DNA of 64,000 nucleotides from an uncultured Clostridia bacterium (lineage in GTDB: Bacteria > Bacillota > Clostridia > Christensenellales > DTU072): positions 77,193 through 141,192 of the forward strand of contig CAKQTC010000005.1 of the NCBI GenBank assembly GCA_934274515.1, given 5' to 3'. Below, one piece after another: positions 57,098 through 64,000 of the stretch. Below the pieces are notes generated by a model. That model ran no database searches. It was not told where the DNA came from and saw nothing but the letters and a program-made list of their open reading frames with translations. How positions within the stretch are numbered: position 1 is the stretch's first letter; each line of letters begins with the position of its first letter. The position numbers were made by a program, and so were the translations under genes.

Positions 57098-57170
57098 AGT
57101 AAAACCTCCGTGTCGGGGCGTTCCCCGCATACGCGCGCGTCTTGCGCTCGCGAAAATAGTCTAATTTAAT

Positions 57171-57198
57171 ATTATAATATAAACCTTAAAAAAGTCAA
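57171..57198 (-). promoter_or_regulatory. near-consensus sigma-A type promoter for giant gene 3
   Basis: On the minus strand, TTGACT (57198-57193), a 16-nt spacer, then TATAAT (57176-57171), about 70 nt upstream of ATG 57097. Confidence 0.55.
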
Positions 57199-57281
57199 TA
57201 GCCCCGCCCCATCCTTTCACGCGTCGAAAATCGTCGTTATTCCGCTTAAATTTCATCGATTTTTCCTCCGCTTGCGAATTC

Positions 57282-57310
57282 TTGACTTCCTCTTACTTTT
57301 TTTATATGAT
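57282..57310 (+). promoter_or_regulatory. candidate sigma-A type promoter upstream of the sigma-2 operon
   Basis: TTGACT (57282-57287), a 17-nt spacer, then TATGAT (57305-57310). Confidence 0.45.
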
Positions 57311-57368
57311 GTAGGCGTAGGTAAACGGTATTGCTTTATTATATCCGAAAAAATAAACTAAAAATTGT

Positions 57369-57400
57369 CCAACAATTCGACCTTTTACTATTGTTAATAT
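57369..57400 (+). promoter_or_regulatory. ECF-type promoter motif 2, copy A (CCAACAATTCG-N-TTGTTA)
   Basis: CCAAC at 57369-57373 and TTGTTA at 57391-57396, 17-nt spacing. The same 12-mer TCCAACAATTCG and the same spacing recur at 59286-59314. Confidence 0.5.
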
Positions 57401-57411
57401 TTTGATGAATC

Positions 57412-57939
57412 ATGATTCACGACAAACTTGAAAAAAAAGTCATAAAATTGAAAAACGGCGACACCTCTGCGTTCGACTATATTTACGAACGCACCAACCG
57501 TTCTGTCTATTTTACGATTTTTCGCATAGTTAAAGACAAGATGTCTGCCGAAGACGTGCTGCAAGACACCTATATGCGCGCGATTTCCGCCATTGAGCAA
57601 TATAGAGAAGGAACCAACTTTATCGGTTGGTTATGTTCTATCGGAAAATCTCTTGCCTTAAACCGCCTTAAAAAATACAGGCGCGAAATCTCTACCGATT
57701 TTGAAGCGCAAGCCTACAAATACGGTACAGAAGAACCCGAACTCCCTTATATTTTCGATATAGCGTCGAAAATTCTATCGGAGGACGAATACAAAATCGT
57801 TATGCTCTGTCACGTTTCGGGGTATAAACGTCGCGAAGTTTCGGATATGCTCGGTCTTCCCGTCGGAACGGTTACTTGGAAAAACAACGAAGCATTGAAA
57901 AAACTCAAATCCTATCTTGAAAAGGAGGACCGCTTATGA
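57412..57939 (+). CDS. ECF-type (group IV) sigma-70 family RNA polymerase sigma factor, module 2
   Basis: 175 aa. Region 2 (AEDVLQDTYMRAISAIEQY...FIGWLCSIGKSLALNRL) and region 4 (YKRREVSDMLGLPVGTVTWKNNEALKKLK). ATGA overlap with the next gene. Confidence 0.9.
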   Translation: MIHDKLEKKVIKLKNGDTSAFDYIYERTNRSVYFTIFRIVKDKMSAEDVLQDTYMRAISAIEQYREGTNFIGWLCSIGKSLALNRLKKYRREISTDFEAQAYKYGTEEPELPYIFDIASKILSEDEYKIVMLCHVSGYKRREVSDMLGLPVGTVTWKNNEALKKLKSYLEKEDRL

Positions 57940-59156
57940 AAAACGTAAAAAAACTCTTGGCGCGATACAAGTCGGAAATTTTACCCGACGAAAAAATAAA
58001 AGATAACATAAAACGCGAACTCGGTTTTGACGACAAGGAACGTTCCCTTGTTTATGCAAACGGCGGAGAACGGGTAGCGGACTCGCACCGCCGCAATAAA
58101 ATCATTACGGTTTGCGCCTCCGCTCTGATCGTTATACTGGTTCTCGGAATACTTATTCCCGTTTTGCTAAACAAACATCGAGATACGGAGTTTCCCTCTA
58201 TCGTAAATAAGTTTACTCAAATAACTGACGCCGATTCTTTCTACGCCTACGGCGCGGTTTCCGTCGGAACCATACTCTCTTCTTCGGTTTCGCAATCCGT
58301 TTCTCCGTCCGCACGGTCGGTTTGCAAAATCGTAAGTGCGTCCGTTCCCGAAAAAACAAACTCGGCAAAACTTTCCGCCGCCGCCGACAACGACCCCGAA
58401 CAACTGGCAAACGTCAATCGCTATATGCCCTTGGTCGAAAGTTTGTTGAGCGAAAAGAAAATCGAGGCGTCCTCTATCTCCGGCGAATACGGGTATAACT
58501 ACGGTATGACGGCAACCTACACGGATTTACGCGGAATTTCCGTATCTTACCGATTATTCTACGACAAGTTCCCGGTCAAAACGGATTCGGATGACGATAA
58601 ATCGAAAAAAAACTATTCTATATCGGGTATTCTCCTAATCGGAACCGCCGAATATCCGGCGGAAGGATTATACAAAACGGAAACGGATGACGACGAAACG
58701 GAAAGCGACCTTTACTTTAAGGCTTTTACGAATGCCGACAAAACTTCTTATATCGAAGCGCGCCATAAATACGAAACCGAAAAAGAAAAGGACAAAACCG
58801 AAATCGAACAGGAATTCGTTTACTCCGTCTACAAAAACAATAAATTAATCGAACGAACGGTAGTCGAATACGAATCGGAAAAAGACGAACTCGAATTAAA
58901 AATGTCTATTTCGAAAGACGGAAAAACGGATACCCTTAAATTCAAAGGAAAAATTGAAAACGGCAAAAATATCCTTATTGCCGAAGGCATTATAAACGGT
59001 CAATCTCTACGTTTTCGCGTCCTTATGCAACAGGACGGCTATCGTTACGTCTTCGACGACGGCTCGTTCTCGGATTTAGATCGCGACGACATCGACGACG
59101 ATGACGACGATAGTTCCGACGATGACGGCTCCGACGACGATGACGACGACGATTGA
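57936..59156 (+). CDS. single-pass membrane protein, candidate anti-sigma factor of module 2, with a poly-Asp C-terminus
   Basis: 406 aa, translationally coupled to the sigma gene. About 55 aa cytoplasmic N-terminus, one TM (IITVCASALIVILVLGILIPVLL), an outside domain, and a tail DRDDIDDDDDDSSDDDGSDDDDDDD. No zinc anti-sigma motif. The role is inferred. Confidence 0.65.
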   Translation: MKNVKKLLARYKSEILPDEKIKDNIKRELGFDDKERSLVYANGGERVADSHRRNKIITVCASALIVILVLGILIPVLLNKHRDTEFPSIVNKFTQITDADSFYAYGAVSVGTILSSSVSQSVSPSARSVCKIVSASVPEKTNSAKLSAAADNDPEQLANVNRYMPLVESLLSEKKIEASSISGEYGYNYGMTATYTDLRGISVSYRLFYDKFPVKTDSDDDKSKKNYSISGILLIGTAEYPAEGLYKTETDDDETESDLYFKAFTNADKTSYIEARHKYETEKEKDKTEIEQEFVYSVYKNNKLIERTVVEYESEKDELELKMSISKDGKTDTLKFKGKIENGKNILIAEGIINGQSLRFRVLMQQDGYRYVFDDGSFSDLDRDDIDDDDDDSSDDDGSDDDDDDD

Positions 59157-59175
59157 CAAACCGTATTTTAATCAT

Positions 59176-59202
59176 AAAAACCGCCGAAAAACGGCGGTTT
59201 TT
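59176..59202 (+). terminator. intrinsic terminator after the sigma-2 operon
   Basis: AAAAACCGCCG-AAAAA-CGGCGGTTTTT, with further Ts downstream. Confidence 0.7.
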
Positions 59203-59286
59203 CTCGCTTTTTTATGAACGCTACTCTCTGCGTTCCGTCCGTTTTTTCTTCTCGGATAAACTTTTTGGAATTTTTTTATTTTTTTT

Positions 59287-59318
59287 CCAACAATTCGGCG
59301 TTGCCGCTTTGTTATATA
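59287..59318 (+). promoter_or_regulatory. ECF-type promoter motif 2, copy B
   Basis: CCAAC at 59287-59291 and TTGTTA at 59309-59314, 17-nt spacing. About 60 nt upstream of the lipoprotein ATG 59377. Confidence 0.5.
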
Positions 59319-59376
59319 GATGAATGCGGAAAAATTCCGGAGTTTCCGTCTTAAAAAACAAAAAGGAGTTTTCGTT

Positions 59377-60408
59377 ATGAAAAAATTATTTATGATTATA
59401 TCACTATCGTTGGTGCTTGTGCTCGCATTCGGGCTTGTCGCTTGCAAAGTCACTCTTCCCGACGGTCCCGACGACAAAAACGACAAAGGAAAATTTACAA
59501 ATCTGACAACCGCCGAATCCGTATTCGGGTTCAGCGCCGCTTCGGCAGGAATGATTGTTTCTTCTATGTCCGACGGAGCCGCCGTCAATCTTTCTTCGGA
59601 AAATCTCTCGACGACGAGCAATCCGTCGGCAACGACTCTTTCCGTCGCGATATCCGACAACGCTTCGCTCGGAAAAACATCCGACGTATCCGATGTTCCC
59701 GACGCCGAAAAAACTCCCGATTTCGACGGTATCGAAACGACGGAACTCGATAGATACATGGCTTTGGTGGAAAGTTTGCTGAGCGACGGCGGCTTCAACA
59801 TCGATTCTCAGCCTTCGGAAAGAGAAGGTTTTTCCGAAAAAACGGTCGTTTCTTACAAAGATATGAAAGGTAATTCTTTACAATACGTAATGTACTACAA
59901 TCAAATTCTTAAAGGAACCGAAACGGATGACGACGGCGAAATCGAAGAAAATTATTCCATCGAGGGCGTTATGGTCATCGACGGAAAAGATTATGAAATT
60001 CGCGGAGAAAAAACCAACGAAACCGAACTTGACGAAAGCGAAACCGAAACCGAATTCGTGGTTAAACTCAGCGATACGCGCTATATCCGCGTCGAACAAA
60101 GCGTCGAAACGGAAAACGGCGAATCCGAGCAAGAATACAGTTATTCCGTATATGACAACGGTCGCCTTATCGAGCGCAGTACGTTCTCTTACGAAACCGA
60201 GCAGAACGAAACCGAATTAAAAATGACTTCTTTCAAAGACGGAAAAACACAAGTTTTCTATTTTGAAAAAGAACTCAAAAAAGGCGAGGAAGTCATTGAA
60301 ATACATATCGGCAACGGAAAAAGCGGCAAAGGGTACATAGTGCGCATAGAAACCGACGAAAACGGCAACAATCGCTACGTATACGAACCTACGAAATTCG
60401 ACGACTGA
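59377..60408 (+). CDS. lipoprotein, collinear paralog of the ectodomain of the 57936-59156 protein
   Basis: Start moved to ATG 59377 (AAAGGAG upstream). MKKLFMIISLSLVLVLAFGLVAC is a lipobox signal peptide. Matching blocks, this protein first: ESVFGFSAASAGMIVSS/DSFYAYGAVSVGTILSS, DRYMALVESLLS/NRYMPLVESLLS, ENYSIEGVMVIDG/KNYSISGILLIGT, EQEYSYSVYDNGRLIERSTFSYETEQNETELKMTSFKDGKT/EQEFVYSVYKNNKLIERTVVEYESEKDELELKMSISKDGKT. Confidence 0.85.
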   Translation: MKKLFMIISLSLVLVLAFGLVACKVTLPDGPDDKNDKGKFTNLTTAESVFGFSAASAGMIVSSMSDGAAVNLSSENLSTTSNPSATTLSVAISDNASLGKTSDVSDVPDAEKTPDFDGIETTELDRYMALVESLLSDGGFNIDSQPSEREGFSEKTVVSYKDMKGNSLQYVMYYNQILKGTETDDDGEIEENYSIEGVMVIDGKDYEIRGEKTNETELDESETETEFVVKLSDTRYIRVEQSVETENGESEQEYSYSVYDNGRLIERSTFSYETEQNETELKMTSFKDGKTQVFYFEKELKKGEEVIEIHIGNGKSGKGYIVRIETDENGNNRYVYEPTKFDD

Positions 60409-60443
60409 TCACCGCAGAACCGCTCTAAAAACCTTAACGAACT

Positions 60444-60474
60444 CGCTCCGTAAAATCATTGCGGAGCGTTTTTT
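60444..60474 (+). terminator. intrinsic terminator after the module 2 lipoprotein gene
   Basis: CGCTCCG-11 nt-CGGAGCG followed by T6. Confidence 0.7.
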
Positions 60475-60671
60475 ACGATATCGGCTTTTTTCTCCGTCGC
60501 AAAACGCCGATTTTTTTCCTTTTCGCGTCGCTTTGTCAAAACTCTATAAAAACGTTTTACGTTTTCATCTCGTTTTTCCCCTGCCGCAATGTCTTTTCGG
60601 AGATTATTTTCGCAAAAAAATTTTGGCGGTTAAATTATGGTAAAACGCGTTTCGGCGATTCTCTCGCTTGC

Positions 60672-60700
60672 TTGACTTTATCCGGGCAAGTCACTAAACT
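60672..60700 (+). promoter_or_regulatory. candidate sigma-A type promoter for the MATE gene
   Basis: TTGACT (60672-60677), a 17-nt spacer, then TAAACT (60695-60700). Confidence 0.4.
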
Positions 60701-60727
60701 ACGGCTCGGGAAAAGGGTAAACTATTA

Positions 60728-62248
60728 ATGGAAAAAGCAATAAAAAAGCGCGGATTAGGCGAGTTAATAAAAAATATGTTCCGTCCGATAGATATGACGG
60801 AAGGGTCGATATGGAAAGTGATATCGCAATTTTCCGTCCCTATAATTTTGTCGTACGTTTTGCAACAACTTTACGTTTTGAGCGACGCGGCTATTTGCGG
60901 ACAGACGCTTTCGGCAAACGAAGTCGCCGGCGTAAACGACACGTCGCCCATAGTGTTTATCTTCATGCAGTTTGCGTTCGGTTGCACCGCGGGGTTCGGC
61001 GTTATCGTTTCCAACGCGGTCGGCTCGAAAGACGAAGCGGCTATACGCCGTTCGTTCGCCACGCAAATCGTTTTATGCTCTATAATCACGGTTTTGCTGA
61101 CGATTGTTTCCGTTTTTTGCATAAAACCGATGCTTGCCTGGGTAAACGTAACAGAGCAGAACCCCGAAGTTTATCGCGCGGCGTACACTTACTGTTTCGT
61201 TATTTTTCTCGGCGTCGGCGCGCAACTGTTTTTTAACTTTATTCTTTCTATTTTGCGAGGTATCGGCGACTCGGTCACTCCCCTGATGTTTTTGCTTGCG
61301 TCCGCCGTGCTCAACGTCGGGCTTGACATTTTGTTTATCAAGGCTTTTCGCTTCGGCGTCGCCGGCGCGGCGGGAGCAACCGTGCTTACCCAACTTCTTT
61401 GCACCGCGGCGTGTTTCGTCTACGCTCGGTTCCGATACAAAAATCTCGCTCTCAAAAAAGACGATTTTCGTTTTACCGAAAAAGACATAACCGAGCATCT
61501 AAAACAAGGAATTCCGCTCGGACTTCAATTTTCGATACTGTCCGTAGGTCTTATCGTAATGCTTGCGGAAACGGTAAAATTCGACCTGCTCCCCGACGGG
61601 TCTATGGTCGTCGGCAACCCTGCTCAAAACGGCATGGGCGCGGCAAACAAACTACTTTCGCTTGCGATGGCTCCTCTGTCCGCTCTCGGCACGGCTTTGG
61701 TAAGTTTCAACGCGCAAAATCTCGGCGCAAACAACCGCGAACGGATAAGAAAAGGCACGAACTGCGCCCTGCTTATTTCTTTGATTTTGTTCGTTTTCTG
61801 CGCGGGAACGGGTCTGCTTTTGACGATAAACGGCGCGTATCAAAGAATATTTTTAAGTCCGGACAAAATTTCCGCTCGCTCGCTGTATTTCGGCACGACT
61901 TATCTCGAAATCGACTTCGGATTGTTTGCCGTGCTCGGCGCGTTGTTCGTATTGCGCAACGCCGTCCAAGGCGTCGGCAAATCCGTTTGGACGCTCGCCG
62001 CAGGCGGCGGCGAACTCGTCGCGAGAGTTCTTATATGCTCGTTCCTTCCGTCGTTGTTTAACGGCGGCGCGGTAAACGCTCTCGCTTCGGAAAGCGCGTT
62101 CATCGCGCTGTGTTTCGGCGACCCCGGAGCCTGGTTCGTCGCGGTAGCGATTCTTATCGTGCCTTACATAAAATATATCGTTTTACCCGACCGTCGATTC
62201 CATAGACACACCCGCGATATTCGTAGATTTTACGCTCGCCAGCATTAA
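60728..62248 (+). CDS. MATE family efflux transporter
   Basis: 506 aa with about 12 TMs. The N-terminal pattern (IWKVISQFSVPIILSYVLQQLYVLSDAAICGQTLSANEVAGV) is typical of MATE/NorM-like proteins. Confidence 0.85.
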   Translation: MEKAIKKRGLGELIKNMFRPIDMTEGSIWKVISQFSVPIILSYVLQQLYVLSDAAICGQTLSANEVAGVNDTSPIVFIFMQFAFGCTAGFGVIVSNAVGSKDEAAIRRSFATQIVLCSIITVLLTIVSVFCIKPMLAWVNVTEQNPEVYRAAYTYCFVIFLGVGAQLFFNFILSILRGIGDSVTPLMFLLASAVLNVGLDILFIKAFRFGVAGAAGATVLTQLLCTAACFVYARFRYKNLALKKDDFRFTEKDITEHLKQGIPLGLQFSILSVGLIVMLAETVKFDLLPDGSMVVGNPAQNGMGAANKLLSLAMAPLSALGTALVSFNAQNLGANNRERIRKGTNCALLISLILFVFCAGTGLLLTINGAYQRIFLSPDKISARSLYFGTTYLEIDFGLFAVLGALFVLRNAVQGVGKSVWTLAAGGGELVARVLICSFLPSLFNGGAVNALASESAFIALCFGDPGAWFVAVAILIVPYIKYIVLPDRRFHRHTRDIRRFYARQH

Positions 62249-62362
62249 TCGCCGTTATATTCGTTCGTTTTGCGCGCGCCCTCTTGCTTTTACTCTCGTT
62301 TCGTATTATCATATTTACGACAATTTTTTTTAACGGGCAAAAAACCCGTTGCGAGGACGCAA

Positions 62363-63601
62363 ATGGAACTAAAAAACTTTTTATCTTCTTCCCTTACCTC
62401 TTATCACGCCGTTTCTCTATCCGCTCGTTTTCTCGAAGAAAACGGATTTGAAAAAATAACACTTGCGGACAAACGAACGCTCGAAATCGGCGGCAAGTAC
62501 TACGTCGAAAAAAACGATTCGTCATTAATCGCTTTCCGCATCGGGAAAAACTTTGCGTTTAACGTAGCGACAAGTCACACCGACTCCCCGTCCCTTCGCG
62601 TCAAAGGTCGCTCCTTATCTCCTTCACCTGCCGGAATGCGCCTGAACGTAGAAAAATACGGCGGTCTTATCCTGTACTCGATTATGGACTCTCCCCTTAA
62701 AATCGCCGGCAGGCTTATCGTCGAACGCAACGGAAAACTCGTAAAAAAACTCGTCGAAAGCCCCTACTTCGTCACGGTCCCGTCAGTGGCAATTCACCAC
62801 AACCCGACCGTAAACGACGGTTGTTTGCTCAACGTGCAGAGCGATATGTTGCCGCTTTTAGGCTCCGTAACAGATATTTACGGGAGCCTAACCGACGAAA
62901 AAGTTGTTGACGCAGACCTTTACGTCGTACCGGCGATCTCGCCGTACGAAAGCGGCGCAAAAAGCGAATTTTTATGCTCGCCGAGAATAGATAATCTTAC
63001 GAGCGTGTACTCTTCCTTGACCGCCTTAACGTTATGCTCGCCGCAATCGATAGCGGTTTGTTGTTGTTTCGACAACGAAGAAATCGGCAGCGAAACGAAA
63101 CAAGGCGCGAACTCGGTTTTCATCGAACGCGTTCTTAAAAAGATAACTTTTGGGTTGGGCAAAACCGACGAAGACTACTTTGCGGCGTGTGAAAACGGCT
63201 TCGTCGCGTCGGTAGACAACGCGCACGCGACGCACCCCGCTCACCCCGAAAAATCCGACCCGGAGAATAAAGTTTTGCTTAACAAAGGAATAGTCGTAAA
63301 ACACCACGTCAACTACTCCACGGACGGAGTGTCTTCCGCGATATTCAAGACTTTACTCGATAAAGCGGATGTCGAATATCAAGACTATTATAACCGCTCG
63401 GACCTGCGGTGCGGCGGCACCATCGGACTGACGTTAAGCACGAAATTAGGAATGGACGCGTGCGACATAGGTCTTGCGCAACTCGCGATGCATTCGGGCG
63501 TGGAAACCGTAGGAGCAAGCGACGTAGATAAAATGACAGCCGGACTAACCGCGTTTTTCAACGCGAAAATAACCCGAACAAACGACGAAATCGTCGTTTA
63601 A
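62363..63601 (+). CDS. M18 family aminopeptidase
   Basis: Start moved to ATG 62363 (GAGGA upstream), giving 412 aa. Motifs ATSHTDSPSLRVK, FDNEEIGSETKQGA and NAHATHPAHPEK match the M18 metal-binding blocks. Confidence 0.85.
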   Translation: MELKNFLSSSLTSYHAVSLSARFLEENGFEKITLADKRTLEIGGKYYVEKNDSSLIAFRIGKNFAFNVATSHTDSPSLRVKGRSLSPSPAGMRLNVEKYGGLILYSIMDSPLKIAGRLIVERNGKLVKKLVESPYFVTVPSVAIHHNPTVNDGCLLNVQSDMLPLLGSVTDIYGSLTDEKVVDADLYVVPAISPYESGAKSEFLCSPRIDNLTSVYSSLTALTLCSPQSIAVCCCFDNEEIGSETKQGANSVFIERVLKKITFGLGKTDEDYFAACENGFVASVDNAHATHPAHPEKSDPENKVLLNKGIVVKHHVNYSTDGVSSAIFKTLLDKADVEYQDYYNRSDLRCGGTIGLTLSTKLGMDACDIGLAQLAMHSGVETVGASDVDKMTAGLTAFFNAKITRTNDEIVV

Positions 63602-63644
63602 CCCGCGTTTTATATACGCGTTTTTTCTTAGTTATAACAAAAAA

Positions 63645-63672
63645 ACACACGTTTTTTTCGTGTGTTTTTTTG
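63645..63672. terminator. bidirectional intrinsic terminator
   Basis: ACACACG-TTTTTTT-CGTGTGT, flanked by an A-run upstream and T7 downstream. Sits between convergent genes. Confidence 0.75.
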
Positions 63673-63705
63673 AAAACATTACGTTTTTCTCGACTTATAA
63701 CCGTA

Positions 63706-64000
63706 TTAGAACCGCTCTTTTTTCGAGTTCTTTTTGCTCGCCAGTATTATCGTTGCCGAGATTAACAATATGAGAACCACGCTTAAAACAATAAATATGT
63801 TTTTGTATATGTTTGCGTTTTTCTCGCTTTCGGTTTGCAAAGCGTTAATTTTTTCTTCTAACTCGTTGTCCCTTTTCTCCAAATCACGTTTCGCCGCATC
63901 GAGATTTTCTTGCACCCGACGTATCCCTGCCAAAAGCGCGTCGTCCGCATTCGCATACGCTTTTTCTAACGCGACAATCTTTTTTTCAAGTTCCGCGTCT
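63706..64000 (-). CDS. coiled-coil protein with a C-terminal membrane anchor; N-terminus lies beyond the window edge
   Basis: The frame of track ORF 63706-63933 stays open upstream to the window end (DAELEKKIVALEKAYANADDALLAGIRRVQENLDAAKRDLEKRDNELEEKINALQ...). It ends in the hydrophobic IFIVLSVVLILLISATIILA followed by a basic tail. Confidence 0.6.
   Translation of the reverse strand, partial: DAELEKKIVALEKAYANADDALLAGIRRVQENLDAAKRDLEKRDNELEEKINALQTESEKNANIYKNIFIVLSVVLILLISATIILASKKNSKKERF

Noticed and set aside
57161-57256. A 31-codon minus-strand sORF (MKFKRNNDDFRRVKGWGGAIDFFKVYIIILN) with GGAGG 8 nt upstream, just upstream of giant gene 3.
   Set aside because: It overlaps the near-consensus promoter 57171-57198 that best explains giant gene 3 transcription, and I found no promoter upstream of it. 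It is kept only as a possibility testable by Ribo-seq.
62332-62350. The hairpin AACGGG-CAAAAAA-CCCGTT between the MATE and aminopeptidase genes, considered as a terminator.
   Set aside because: The stem is only 6 bp and no T-run follows on the plus strand. It lies just upstream of the aminopeptidase SD, so it is not called.
1-64000. A search by eye for CRISPR arrays, rRNA or tRNA genes, transposases, integrases, phage genes and long inverted or direct repeats.
   Set aside because: None was recognised. The only repeats found are the two promoter-motif pairs, the 17-mer G-rich pair and the 15-bp tandem duplication, all reported above.

Overview
This 64-kb chromosomal window appears to come from a monoderm, Bacillota/Clostridia-like bacterium. 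That placement is an inference from the ecfA-ecfA-ecfT-truA block, Bacillus-like ECF promoter motifs, GGAGG Shine-Dalgarno sites and lipobox signal peptides. Two thirds of the window (42,756 nt) is three intact minus-strand genes for giant predicted lipoproteins of 5714, 4301 and 4234 aa (7735-24879, 24948-37853, 44393-57097). They are built from Ig-like, Listeria-Bacteroides-repeat, BspA-type LRR, beta-helix, very long helical and Cys/His-rich modules. The giant-gene block is bracketed on both sides by two parallel plus-strand modules. Each module has an ECF-type sigma factor, a translationally coupled single-pass membrane protein (candidate anti-sigma), and a lipoprotein that is a collinear paralog of that membrane protein's extracytoplasmic part. 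In each module one ECF-like promoter motif occurs twice, before the sigma gene and before the lipoprotein gene. Ordinary genes fill the gaps: a DUF2804-like protein, mscL, a mini ferredoxin-thioredoxin-reductase-like protein, ecfA1-ecfA2-ecfT-truA, an ABC-2 exporter operon, a MATE transporter and an M18 aminopeptidase. I recognised no rRNA, tRNA, CRISPR array, transposase or integrase. All domain and family names come from by-eye motif recognition; none was confirmed by a database search.
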